Of a stretch of DNA of 64,000 nucleotides, positions 19,349 through 28,742 are shown one piece after another. Positions within the stretch are counted from its first letter, which is position 1; every line of letters begins with the position of its first letter. This DNA comes from an uncultured bacterium (GTDB lineage Bacteria > Babelota > Babeliae > Babelales > Babelaceae): the NCBI GenBank assembly GCA_963848965.1, contig CAWKFG010000004.1, positions 288,001 through 352,000 on the forward strand, in the 5' to 3' direction. The position numbers and the translations under genes were made by a program. Below the pieces are notes generated by a model. The model was not told where the DNA came from, did not search any database, and saw only the letters and a program-made list of their open reading frames with translations.

Positions 19349-20590
19349 ATGCAGAAATATATCTTAAAGTTTATCTTTTTTGTCATTTTAAATCTCGTAT
19401 GTCGCACTTCAAAAACCGCATTTGATTTAACTCTTATTGGTCCATTACATTTTGCTGATGGGTTAGGACGCTCAACAATTATACTAATGGATATGTTGAA
19501 GAGAGATTTACGCATAAATTTTATTTGTTCTCGAGAAAAAATTCGGTTAACTGATGTTGTCTCTTCTATTAGACCTATTATAATGAATCCCGACACATCA
19601 CCTGGTAAAGTCTCATTACTTGTTGATGCACTATGGTATACATGGCATCCGGCATATTTATATGTGCCAACTAGTGATATAAAGATTGCCTATTCAATGC
19701 TTGAATCAACAGAGATTCCCCAACAATGGGTTACTATTCTGAATAACCAATTTGATGCAGTAGTAGTACCTGATAAGTTTCTTGTACAAGTATACAAACA
19801 ATCGGACGTAAAGATTCCTATTTTCTTGCTACCATGTGGCTTGTATCTTGAGGAATTTTTAAATCACCCTCAAAAAAAACAAAAAAACACCCCTTTTGTT
19901 TTTGGTATGTCAGCAACACTTACACCACGCAAAAATTATCTGACACTGGTTAAAGCATTTGCTCAAGAATTCGGTAACAATCCTCTTGTACAATTAAAGC
20001 TTCACGCGCGTAGCACTGATAAAAAAAGCCTTGCATCTTTTAAACAAATAATAAAGCATTTACATCTTAATAACGTAGAACTTACTGTTAAATCCTCTAC
20101 TCAACAAGAATATTTAGAATTCATGAAATCTCTTGATTGCTATATTTTACTTTCTAAAGGAGAAGGTTTTTCTATTACACCTCGTGAAGCACTCGCTTTA
20201 GGTATACCATGTATTTTGAGTAAAAATACTGCGCATACCACCATTTGTAACACAGGTTTGGTACGAGCTGTACCAAGTCTTATTATGGAGCCTGCCTACT
20301 ATAGTGAATTTAAAAAGCACATAGGGTACTACTTTAATTGTAAAATCAATGATGTACGTGAAGCAATGAGAGATGTATACTCTAATTATGAGCACTATTT
20401 AAGTAAAGCAGTAGTAGCAAGAGAATGGGTCCAGCAATACACCTTAAAAAACTTAAGACCATTTTACCTAAACTTAATCAAACCGAAAAAAGTCACTCTC
20501 GGTCACTATAACAGTATTAACGAGCATGGTCTTATTACCAACTCAAAAGAACTTTATAGGAAATATATAAACCTCGTTGTCAGATCCTAA
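19349..20590 (+). CDS. GT4-like glycosyltransferase with signal peptide, paralog C
   Basis: EX7E motif; N-terminus MQKYILKFIFFVILNLVCRTSKTA|FDLT. Confidence 0.85.
   Translation: MQKYILKFIFFVILNLVCRTSKTAFDLTLIGPLHFADGLGRSTIILMDMLKRDLRINFICSREKIRLTDVVSSIRPIIMNPDTSPGKVSLLVDALWYTWHPAYLYVPTSDIKIAYSMLESTEIPQQWVTILNNQFDAVVVPDKFLVQVYKQSDVKIPIFLLPCGLYLEEFLNHPQKKQKNTPFVFGMSATLTPRKNYLTLVKAFAQEFGNNPLVQLKLHARSTDKKSLASFKQIIKHLHLNNVELTVKSSTQQEYLEFMKSLDCYILLSKGEGFSITPREALALGIPCILSKNTAHTTICNTGLVRAVPSLIMEPAYYSEFKKHIGYYFNCKINDVREAMRDVYSNYEHYLSKAVVAREWVQQYTLKNLRPFYLNLIKPKKVTLGHYNSINEHGLITNSKELYRKYINLVVRS
20156..20417. repeat. 262-bp inverted repeat, copy 2 (partner 16208-16469)
   Basis: Encodes KGEGF...KAVV, identical in paralogs A and C except for one D/N. 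Confidence 0.9.
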
Positions 20591-20719
20591 GGAATATATT
20601 TCTTCTGGACTGAAACCATTGAGATGGAAGGTTATGTTATCTTCTTTCTTATTCAATCAAATAGTCATAAATTGTTGTTTTACGGTCATTCATTTTAATA
20701 GGATGTAAAAAAACAATAT

Positions 20720-21550
20720 ATGTATAGGTATTCTATGGCAATAAGATTTTTTATAATGAGCATGTTGTGCTTATCCTACAATATTATTGAGTCAAAAATT
20801 GAACAAAGAGAAGAGCTAAAATTAGTTGTCTCATTGCCTAAAAGTGGTACTCATCTTGTATTAAAATTACTTGATCATCTTGGTATAAAAAATCATTTTA
20901 GTTCTTATGAACTACTAAAAATTGACCCAAAAGATATTAATAATTTAAAGGCTGACCAGTTTTATGTAACCCACGCTCCTTGTTTACCAGCTAACCTTAA
21001 AGCTCTAAAAGGACATACTATAAAGGGAATTTTTATCTACAGAGATCCCCGTGATGTACTTATATCCGATTATTATTGGATAAAAAAATATCCTCCCGCA
21101 TGGCCTCACTTAAAAAACTTAAGCTTTAATGATCTTTTATTTAAACTTATTTATGAGTATAACTCTTTCTTATACCAATTATTTTCAGTTTATCCCTATC
21201 TCCCTCTCTATAAAAGCATAGAACAATTCTATAATCTCTACCTTCCGTGGCAAAATATACCAGGTATATATACTACTGCCTTCGAACGATTAATCGGTCC
21301 ACAGGGAGGTGGTAAAAAGTATACTCAAATAAGAGAGATACTCCAGATAGCACATCACTTCAACAAGAGGATAAGCATTCAAGAAGCTGAAAACATCGCC
21401 GATAAGTTATTTGGGGGAACTAATACGTTTAGAAAAGGAGAAATAGGCAGCTGGCAAGACCACTTTACTTATGAGCACAAAATAGCCTTTAAGAAAGTTA
21501 CGAGAACTCTTCTTGTAAAGCTAAAATATGAAAAGAATGATAATTGGTAA
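20720..21550 (+). CDS. Sulfotransferase with signal peptide, paralog 2
   Basis: Motifs PKSGTHL, YRDPRDVLIS, FRKGEIGSW; paralog of 11546..12340. Confidence 0.85.
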   Translation: MYRYSMAIRFFIMSMLCLSYNIIESKIEQREELKLVVSLPKSGTHLVLKLLDHLGIKNHFSSYELLKIDPKDINNLKADQFYVTHAPCLPANLKALKGHTIKGIFIYRDPRDVLISDYYWIKKYPPAWPHLKNLSFNDLLFKLIYEYNSFLYQLFSVYPYLPLYKSIEQFYNLYLPWQNIPGIYTTAFERLIGPQGGGKKYTQIREILQIAHHFNKRISIQEAENIADKLFGGTNTFRKGEIGSWQDHFTYEHKIAFKKVTRTLLVKLKYEKNDNW

Positions 21551-21569
21551 AAGTAAGATAAGCACCTAT

Positions 21570-22835
21570 TTACTCATAAGAGCTCTTGTAGTTAATCCTC
21601 CCTAAACCATTAACAATTTTTTGATATTTTGCATGTAAAACAGGTGAATTAGTGACTAAGTATCCATCACCTATATAATTATGCTCTCCCAAAATGACTG
21701 TTTTAGGTTTAATAAGAGCTAGATAATAAGATTTTAAATTAGAATAATGATAATGAGATGCCCACCTTCTTCGTTCAGCAGCATTTCTTAAGTAAGCAGA
21801 ATAATTATCATAAACTCTTCGTAAGGCTTGTCGAACATCCGAAAGAAGACAATTAAATTTTTCCCCACAATCAAAACCAAATACAGAATAATAAGCTCGC
21901 TCCCTAAGATTACAATTAACTGCTTCTACAAGACCAGTTCTACATATGCTTGCATGAGCAGTATTATTCGAAAGGATACAAGGAAGTCCAAGAGCCATAG
22001 CCTCACGAGGAGTAGTAGAAAACCCTTCTCCCTTAGAAATGATAGCATAGCAGTCAAGGCTACTCATAAATGCTAGGTATTCTCTATTGGAAAAACTTTT
22101 TTGCTTTATTTTAATATTTTTATATTTTGTTGTTAGTTTTTTTACCTCTGGATCTATTTCTCCCCCTCTTCCATGGATTAAGAGTTGGACCCGTTGATTA
22201 TTTTTAAACTCTTTACTAAATGCTTTTGCTAAAAGCGCATAGTTTTTCTCGGGAACAAATCTTCCTGAATAACCAAAGGTAAATATATTATTTGCTTTAC
22301 TTTTTAAAGGTTGAGTCAAAAATTCATTAAGATAAAGAGGAAGACCCATAGTAAAAATTGGAATTTTAACTCCTGATTGTTCATATACTTCAATTAAAAA
22401 TTCATCCGGTACAGCTACTAAATCAAATTTAGAATTTAAAATATTAACCCACTTTTTTGGTATAGCAGTTGATTCTATCATCGAAATAGCTATCTTCAAA
22501 GAGGAATCTGGTAGAGCTTCATAAGGACTTCCATGTCGAACCCATAATTGCTCAAATATGAGCGCAACTTTTCCCGGTATCTTGTTCGGAGTGTTAACAA
22601 TTGTTTTTACTGATTCAGGAACATCTTTAAAATCAATCGGTACTAACTTACTATGAATAAAGTTTATTTTTAAATCCTGCTTTAACATGTCTATTAGAGT
22701 AATAGGCAATCTTGCAAGCCCATCAGCAAATTTAATAGAGCCTACCACTGTTAAATCAGGAGTTAGATCACCAATTAACGAGCTGCAAAAGCACACTGCT
22801 ATAGCTAATAAATACCTATTTTTATCATAGAACAT
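21570..22835 (-). CDS. GT4-like glycosyltransferase with signal peptide, paralog D
   Basis: Motif SKGEGFSTTPREAMALG; start taken at MFYDKNRYLLAIAVCFCSSLIG. Confidence 0.85.
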   Translation of the reverse strand: MFYDKNRYLLAIAVCFCSSLIGDLTPDLTVVGSIKFADGLARLPITLIDMLKQDLKINFIHSKLVPIDFKDVPESVKTIVNTPNKIPGKVALIFEQLWVRHGSPYEALPDSSLKIAISMIESTAIPKKWVNILNSKFDLVAVPDEFLIEVYEQSGVKIPIFTMGLPLYLNEFLTQPLKSKANNIFTFGYSGRFVPEKNYALLAKAFSKEFKNNQRVQLLIHGRGGEIDPEVKKLTTKYKNIKIKQKSFSNREYLAFMSSLDCYAIISKGEGFSTTPREAMALGLPCILSNNTAHASICRTGLVEAVNCNLRERAYYSVFGFDCGEKFNCLLSDVRQALRRVYDNYSAYLRNAAERRRWASHYHYSNLKSYYLALIKPKTVILGEHNYIGDGYLVTNSPVLHAKYQKIVNGLGRINYKSSYE

Positions 22836-22871
22836 GATATCCTTTATGATTAAGCAAAACTGATAGACCAA

Positions 22872-23582
22872 TTAGTCAATTCTACAAAAGAGAACATTTC
22901 CAAATTTTCCTAAAGCCTGCGGTGTTCTATCTTCTTGTACAACTTTAAAGCCTTGTTTTTTAAGCCACGCTTTAAGCTGTGGGTAAAGTATTATACCCTC
23001 ATAAAGTTCAGCAAAGCTTACTTCCGTATAAATAGCCTTAACAGTTTTTAGTATCTTTGTACTTGCTTGAAGTGCAATCGGTTCAGCTCCCTGCATATCC
23101 AGCCACAAAAAGTCTATTCTTTGAAGACCAAGCCTTTGAGCCCACTCATCTAAGGTTATAGTTTCTACAATGGTTTGCTCTGGAAAGGTAATAGTAGGAT
23201 CTACGTTAAGATGCTCCTTAGGCTTAAACAAAGAGCTAGAACCGTTTATATTACCTTGGCTTACAAACATAGTTGCCTTACCATTAGTATTACTTAAAGC
23301 TCTTTGTATACACATAATATTCCTGTGTTTACTTGTTCTTTGTTTCAATTGTTGAAATAAAAGAGGAATTGGTTCAAATGCAAAAATAAAGCCTTTAGGC
23401 CATAGTTTACTCATTTCTATTGTATCTGTTCCGATATGCGCTCCTGCTTCTACAATAATAGGATTTTCTGGAAGATACTTCGCAATAAGGTGCTTAGAGA
23501 TAACCCCTTGTTTAACTTTTGCTTCTAAGGAAATTACAGAACAGGTTAATCCGATCACTATAACACTGAATAAGCTTTTCAT
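22872..23582 (-). CDS. FkbM-family methyltransferase with signal peptide
   Basis: Motifs EAGAHIG, AFEP, IDFLWLDMQGAE, YTEV; signal peptide ending ...SLEA. Confidence 0.9.
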   Translation of the reverse strand: MKSLFSVIVIGLTCSVISLEAKVKQGVISKHLIAKYLPENPIIVEAGAHIGTDTIEMSKLWPKGFIFAFEPIPLLFQQLKQRTSKHRNIMCIQRALSNTNGKATMFVSQGNINGSSSLFKPKEHLNVDPTITFPEQTIVETITLDEWAQRLGLQRIDFLWLDMQGAEPIALQASTKILKTVKAIYTEVSFAELYEGIILYPQLKAWLKKQGFKVVQEDRTPQALGKFGNVLFCRID

Positions 23583-23866
23583 AGCACTTCCTCTTTAAGT
23601 ATCGTATTAGCTTCTAGCCAGTAGAATAGCTAAATCCTTACACAAGGGTCAATAGTATTAAAGACTTTATTTTTCTTTGCAAAAGAAGAAATATACACTG
23701 TTACAAAGCTCATTACCGAACGCTGCACTTAGTAAGCACTCTATGCTACCAAAATATAAATTGCCTTTTTTAAAAACCATAACATGATTCTTGATTTACG
23801 ATAATATTTTTCGCTAACTTATGGAGGAATCAAAACATTCCTAAGATTAAAACATGGAGGAAGATA

Positions 23867-25108
23867 ATGACTTTTATTAATTGTGTTATATGGAGCTTAA
23901 TGATTCTCTCTACAACATTTGTTAGCTGTAAAGTCGACGTTACACTTATAACACCTTATATAAAATTCGGTTGCAGCGTAAGCAGGCTACCAATAGGATT
24001 TATTGATATTTTAGGAGATACATTACGTTTCAACGTTATTACCAGTAGACCAGTTAAGCCCGACTATACAGATATACCATACCATGTTCAAAAAGTTCTT
24101 AAAAGTCCTTATAAAAAGGCTGGTCAAGTTGCCATACTCTATGATGTTCTTTGGGACTTAGTCAACGAACCAACCAAATTTGTACCTGCTGAAAGTAAAA
24201 TTAAGATAGCTTACTCTATGTTTGAAGCAACAGCAATTCCTCGCAAATGGGTTCAAATACTAAACACTCAATTTGACGCTGTAGTCGTACCAGATAAATC
24301 TTTAATAGATATTTATGTAAGAGGTGGCGTAAAAATACCTGTATTTGAACTGCCAGGAGCATTATACCTTGATGGCTTTTTACGTCAACCAGTTAAAACT
24401 AAGCGCAATAAGATATTTACCTTTGGAACATCAGCTGGATACTTCCCTTGGAAAAATACTGAAGTTTTGATAAAAGCATTTCATAAAGAATTTGGAACTA
24501 ATAAAAACGTGAGACTTATTGTACATTCAAGAGGCGGAACAGACTACGTAAGGAACTCTATTAAAAAACTTTTAAAAGAAGCGAAAGCTAACAATATAAT
24601 ACTTATTGAACAGAGACTTGCTCAAAGTGACTTTATAAAACTTTTATCAAGCTTTGATTGCTATGCATTTTTATCAAAGGGGGAAGGATTCTCTAATACT
24701 CCTCGTGAATTACTTGCAATGGGCATTCCTTGCATTTTAAGCAACAATACTGCACACAGAACCATTTGTAATACTGGTTTTGTAAGAGCTGTTGACTCAA
24801 AAATAAAAGAACCGGCTAACTATCCTCATTTTGGAGGTTATTGCTGTGGCTCATTCTTTAACTGTACCGTTAAAGATGTCAGAGAAGCTTTACGAGACGT
24901 ATATAACAATTATCCTACTTATCTTGCTAAAGCTCATAAAGGAAGAGAGTGGGTTAAAAAGTATGACTATCCTAACTTAAAATTTAAACATTTAAACATC
25001 GTTAAACCGGTCAAAGTCATTCTCGGCAATAGAAACGTCATAAAGAATGACTACCTTATGACTACTTCACCAAAGCTCTATAGAAAATATTTAAGCATCA
25101 TATCTTAG
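23867..25108 (+). CDS. GT4-like glycosyltransferase with signal peptide, paralog E
   Basis: Motif SKGEGFSNTPRELLAMG; GGAGG RBS; hydrophobic N-terminus. Confidence 0.85.
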   Translation: MTFINCVIWSLMILSTTFVSCKVDVTLITPYIKFGCSVSRLPIGFIDILGDTLRFNVITSRPVKPDYTDIPYHVQKVLKSPYKKAGQVAILYDVLWDLVNEPTKFVPAESKIKIAYSMFEATAIPRKWVQILNTQFDAVVVPDKSLIDIYVRGGVKIPVFELPGALYLDGFLRQPVKTKRNKIFTFGTSAGYFPWKNTEVLIKAFHKEFGTNKNVRLIVHSRGGTDYVRNSIKKLLKEAKANNIILIEQRLAQSDFIKLLSSFDCYAFLSKGEGFSNTPRELLAMGIPCILSNNTAHRTICNTGFVRAVDSKIKEPANYPHFGGYCCGSFFNCTVKDVREALRDVYNNYPTYLAKAHKGREWVKKYDYPNLKFKHLNIVKPVKVILGNRNVIKNDYLMTTSPKLYRKYLSIIS

Positions 25109-25120
25109 TACTCACTACAA

Positions 25121-25150
25121 TGGCAGAGTAAGAATTATCTTACTCTGCCA
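25121..25150. terminator. Probable bidirectional terminator
   Basis: Perfect 13-bp stem TGGCAGAGTAAGA-atta-TCTTACTCTGCCA between convergent genes. Confidence 0.7.
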
Positions 25151-25162
25151 CTCTGTTTTTGC

Positions 25163-25849
25163 TCAACGTTTTGAGTCATTTTTATCTACTGTAATTGAAT
25201 CCAATAACCAGAGACCTAAATACTTATGAGGTTCATCCTCTTTTATAAGCAAGATCGGTTTTGGTAAACTAAATGGAGGTTTTTCTAAGTCCAAAGGTCT
25301 CCATAAACCCATTGCTATATTAGTATTATGAGGAGTGTTTGGCCATCCTCTCCATGTCGTTGCTAAAAGATATTTAGCTTTACTTTTTTTGAAATTAGCA
25401 AGCGTTGAAAAAACATCCTTATAGGGAAGATGTGCCAGTAAATCGCGGCAAAGAATAAGATCAACTTGAGGAAGATCATCCTTAATAGCATTTAAACGTA
25501 AGAATGTTCTTCCTGGAGAACTATATCGCTTATTATTGTTATTTATAATTTGCTTTACTATATCTACTCCTATATATTTGCATTTTGCTAGCTTAACATT
25601 TTTCATCCAATAAAAGTCGCCACATGGAGCGTCTAACAATGATGTTACTTTCAGCTGTTTTAGCAATTGCGGTAATTTGCGCCTTATGGTTACCGTAAAG
25701 CGCATTGTAGATCCAATACCGGATGCAGTCTCTTTTACACGCCACCCATTTTTATTATATATGTTTGTAAATACAGCTACTGGATCTGAACCTCCCTGAA
25801 CTGCTGCAAAGACAAGAAGTGTTTGCATAAATAAAATCATTTTCTTCAT
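25163..25849 (-). CDS. Class I SAM-dependent methyltransferase with signal peptide
   Basis: Motifs F..IY..N.W....SG.GS, LLDAPCGDF.W, YIGVDIV, DLILCRD.L.HL. Confidence 0.85.
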   Translation of the reverse strand: MKKMILFMQTLLVFAAVQGGSDPVAVFTNIYNKNGWRVKETASGIGSTMRFTVTIRRKLPQLLKQLKVTSLLDAPCGDFYWMKNVKLAKCKYIGVDIVKQIINNNNKRYSSPGRTFLRLNAIKDDLPQVDLILCRDLLAHLPYKDVFSTLANFKKSKAKYLLATTWRGWPNTPHNTNIAMGLWRPLDLEKPPFSLPKPILLIKEDEPHKYLGLWLLDSITVDKNDSKR

Positions 25850-26138
25850 TATCATCTCCTTTATAAGCATATCTCACTATAAACATCTTTTAAATTTTGC
25901 CATATTTCAATTCTCTGATCATTATAATAACCTACTCTACCAATGCTTCTATGTTTAATTATATCATCCTTAACTCCTGTCTTTTACCTATGTGCTTTGT
26001 AACTCTCTAGATAGCATCTGATGTTACCTTATGACAATGCAATCGCTTTAAGGCTATAACAATAAGATTCTTCTCAGTAACAAACCCTTACGGGAAAAAT
26101 GTAGTGGATACTTAACCTGAACTCAATTTAAGCAGCTC

Positions 26139-27359
26139 TTAATAATTAGTTAAATACTTCTTATAAAGCTTTTCTGAGTTAGTTATAAGACAATCTTCCT
26201 CAATACTATTATAGGTATCAAGTACAACTTTCTGTGGCTTTACGAGGTTAAGGTAACGATTTTTTAAATTTCTATATTCATACTGCTTAACCCACTCTCT
26301 TCCTTCTCGGGCTTTTTCAAGCCAATATTCATAGTCCTCAAAAACCTCTTTAATAGCTTTACGAGCTTCTTTGTTTGTGCAACTATAATTGTAACCACAA
26401 AATGTCTTAAAATGAACATAATGAGCTGGAGCTGAAATAGGAGCTTCAACTATCTTGACAAAGCCAGTTTCGCAAATAGTTCTATGTGCAGAGTTATTGG
26501 TAATAATACATGGTACGCCCATTGCTAACGCCTCTCGTGGCGTAATTGAAAACCCTTCACCTTTTGAAAGCAAAACATAACAGTCAACAGAGCCCATAAA
26601 TTCTAAGTACTCAGCTCTTGTGAGATTCTTATTTATAAACTCTATGTTTTTGCATTTAAGATTATCTATTTGGGTACGCACTCTTTTTTGAATTTCCTCA
26701 TTACCACATCTGCCATGTACCTTTAGCTTTACGCCGGGAACATTACCAAATTCCTGTGCAAAAGCATCAATGAGCAGTTCGTGATTTTTATTTTTTGAAT
26801 GAAAACCCGCAGACATACCAAAGGTAAAAATTTCGTTTGCTTTCTCTTTAAGAGGCTTTTCTAAAAACTCATCTAAATAAAGACCACAAGGAAGCACAAA
26901 GATAGGAATTTTTACACCTGATTTGCGATACACTTCGCAGAGAAACTTATCAGGCACTGCCACTGCATCAAACTTTTGATTCAATATTTTTACCCAATGT
27001 ATAGGAATTGCAGTAGACTCTATCATAGAAAACGCTATCTTAATTTCGCTATCAGGAACATAATCAGCAGGTGTATCGGTAACATGCCATAATACATCTA
27101 AGAAGAAGCTCACTTTCCCTGGACTTCTATCAGGATTACGCGCTACTACTTGCACCATCCACGGAACATCCTTAAAGTTAACATTCTTAGAAGTTGGTAC
27201 AAAATTCATTTTTAAATCATCTTTAAAAAGATCTATAAATGCTATAGAGGCCCTTCCTAAACCATCTGCATACAACATAGGACCTACAACTGTCACATCA
27301 TATTTTGCATAGAGCGGTAGTATCAAACTACTTAATAATAACAATTTTATCTGCTTCAT
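26139..27359 (-). CDS. GT4-like glycosyltransferase with signal peptide, paralog F
   Basis: EX7E motif; N-terminus MKQIKLLLLSSLILPLYA|KYDVT. Confidence 0.85.
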   Translation of the reverse strand: MKQIKLLLLSSLILPLYAKYDVTVVGPMLYADGLGRASIAFIDLFKDDLKMNFVPTSKNVNFKDVPWMVQVVARNPDRSPGKVSFFLDVLWHVTDTPADYVPDSEIKIAFSMIESTAIPIHWVKILNQKFDAVAVPDKFLCEVYRKSGVKIPIFVLPCGLYLDEFLEKPLKEKANEIFTFGMSAGFHSKNKNHELLIDAFAQEFGNVPGVKLKVHGRCGNEEIQKRVRTQIDNLKCKNIEFINKNLTRAEYLEFMGSVDCYVLLSKGEGFSITPREALAMGVPCIITNNSAHRTICETGFVKIVEAPISAPAHYVHFKTFCGYNYSCTNKEARKAIKEVFEDYEYWLEKAREGREWVKQYEYRNLKNRYLNLVKPQKVVLDTYNSIEEDCLITNSEKLYKKYLTNY

Positions 27360-28582
27360 CTTCTCCTCTTTTGTAATGTTTTATATTTTGTATAGAGCTT
27401 TAAGCAACTTGTTTTCAAAGTGTTTCCTTCAATAGCATTCACATCAGCTAATACTATTTTTTCTGGTTTTGCTAATGTAAGATACTGAGGTTTCAAATTT
27501 TTATATAAAAATTGCTGTGCCCATTTTCTTGCTGCAGGTGCTTTTTCAAGATATGCATCATAGCTGTTGTATACCTCTCTCATCGCTTTTTGTGCGTCTT
27601 CTACAGTACAATTAAGATAATATCCTACACATTTATTAAAGCAGGTATAATACGTTTGTTCTTGTATAAGAGCAGGCACTGCTCTTACAAGTCCTGTATC
27701 ACAAATAGTTTTTTGCGCACTATTGTTAGTAATAATACATGGAATTCCTAGTGCCATAGCTTCACGCGGTGTAAGTGAAAAACCTTCTCCTTTTGAAAGT
27801 AATACATAGCAATCTAAAGACGCTAAAAAATCTCCATATTCTTTTCTTGTAAGCACTTTGTCTATAATTTCAATATTTGTAAGCTTATGACGAGCAATAA
27901 GCGTTTTTAAAGTCGCTGCATAGCCACCACGTCCTTGTAATTTTAATCTTACTCGCTCATCATTGCCAAATTCACGTGCAAATGACTCAATAAGCAGCAT
28001 ACAATTTTTTCTGTCTACAAATTCAGCAGAAACACCAAAAGTAAAGGGAACATTACGCTTTGCTTTCAAAGGCCTTTGAAAAAGATCTTCTGAGCACATA
28101 CCACAAGGAATAACAAAGATAGGAATAGTAACACCCGAATGTATGTATACTTTTTTACAAAATATATCTGGTACTACAACCGCATCTAACCGCTTATTGA
28201 GTATATCTACCCATTCACGAGGAATAGCACTGCCTTCTATCATGGAATATGCTATCTTAATATGACTATTGGGAACATAATCTGCTGGCGTTTCAAATTT
28301 ATGCCACAAAATATCGGTTAAAAGTGCTACTTTACCTGGCTGATTATCTTTCTTTACAAGAATGGTTTGCACACTCAATGGAATATCGCTCAGATCATAA
28401 TCACCAGGGGTGGGAATAACATTTATAGAAAGATCATCTTTAAGGCATTCAACAATACCAAGAGAAATACGAGAAAGACTTGCAGCAAATTTTACCTGGC
28501 CTATAACAGTAAGATCATATGCTTGAACTCCAATGCACCACTGTACAAGGAACACTACTGTCACTCTTTTACTAACTCTCAT
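27356..28582 (-). CDS. GT4-like glycosyltransferase with signal peptide, paralog G
   Basis: EX7E motif; N-terminus ...WCIGVQA|YDLT; ATGA coupling to paralog F. Confidence 0.85.
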   Translation of the reverse strand: MRVSKRVTVVFLVQWCIGVQAYDLTVIGQVKFAASLSRISLGIVECLKDDLSINVIPTPGDYDLSDIPLSVQTILVKKDNQPGKVALLTDILWHKFETPADYVPNSHIKIAYSMIEGSAIPREWVDILNKRLDAVVVPDIFCKKVYIHSGVTIPIFVIPCGMCSEDLFQRPLKAKRNVPFTFGVSAEFVDRKNCMLLIESFAREFGNDERVRLKLQGRGGYAATLKTLIARHKLTNIEIIDKVLTRKEYGDFLASLDCYVLLSKGEGFSLTPREAMALGIPCIITNNSAQKTICDTGLVRAVPALIQEQTYYTCFNKCVGYYLNCTVEDAQKAMREVYNSYDAYLEKAPAARKWAQQFLYKNLKPQYLTLAKPEKIVLADVNAIEGNTLKTSCLKLYTKYKTLQKRRR

Positions 28583-28707
28583 ACTAGTATTTCTCTCCTT
28601 ACCTACTGAGGCTTCTTCTGCAGTGTAGATGTAAATAATAGGTAGTACATGATACTATACTGAAAGATATTTTTACTGACAAGAGAATAAAACCAAAAAT
28701 ATAAAAA

Positions 28708-28734
28708 AAGAGAGCAGAAAATATCTGCTCTCTT
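28708..28734 (-). terminator. Intrinsic terminator
   Basis: AAGAGAGCAGA-aaata-TCTGCTCTCTT stem with a T-tract on the minus strand, just after 28743. Confidence 0.7.
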
Positions 28735-28742
28735 ACTCTTAT

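Noticed and set aside
16208..20417. The 262-bp near-identical pair as a DGR template/variable repeat
   Set aside because: Mismatches are mostly third-position C/T rather than adenine-specific, both copies lie inside full genes, and no reverse transcriptase is in the window.
25871..26138. ~270-bp intergenic gap in the GT cluster as an sRNA or pseudogene
   Set aside because: I found no convincing structure, repeat or protein-like frame.
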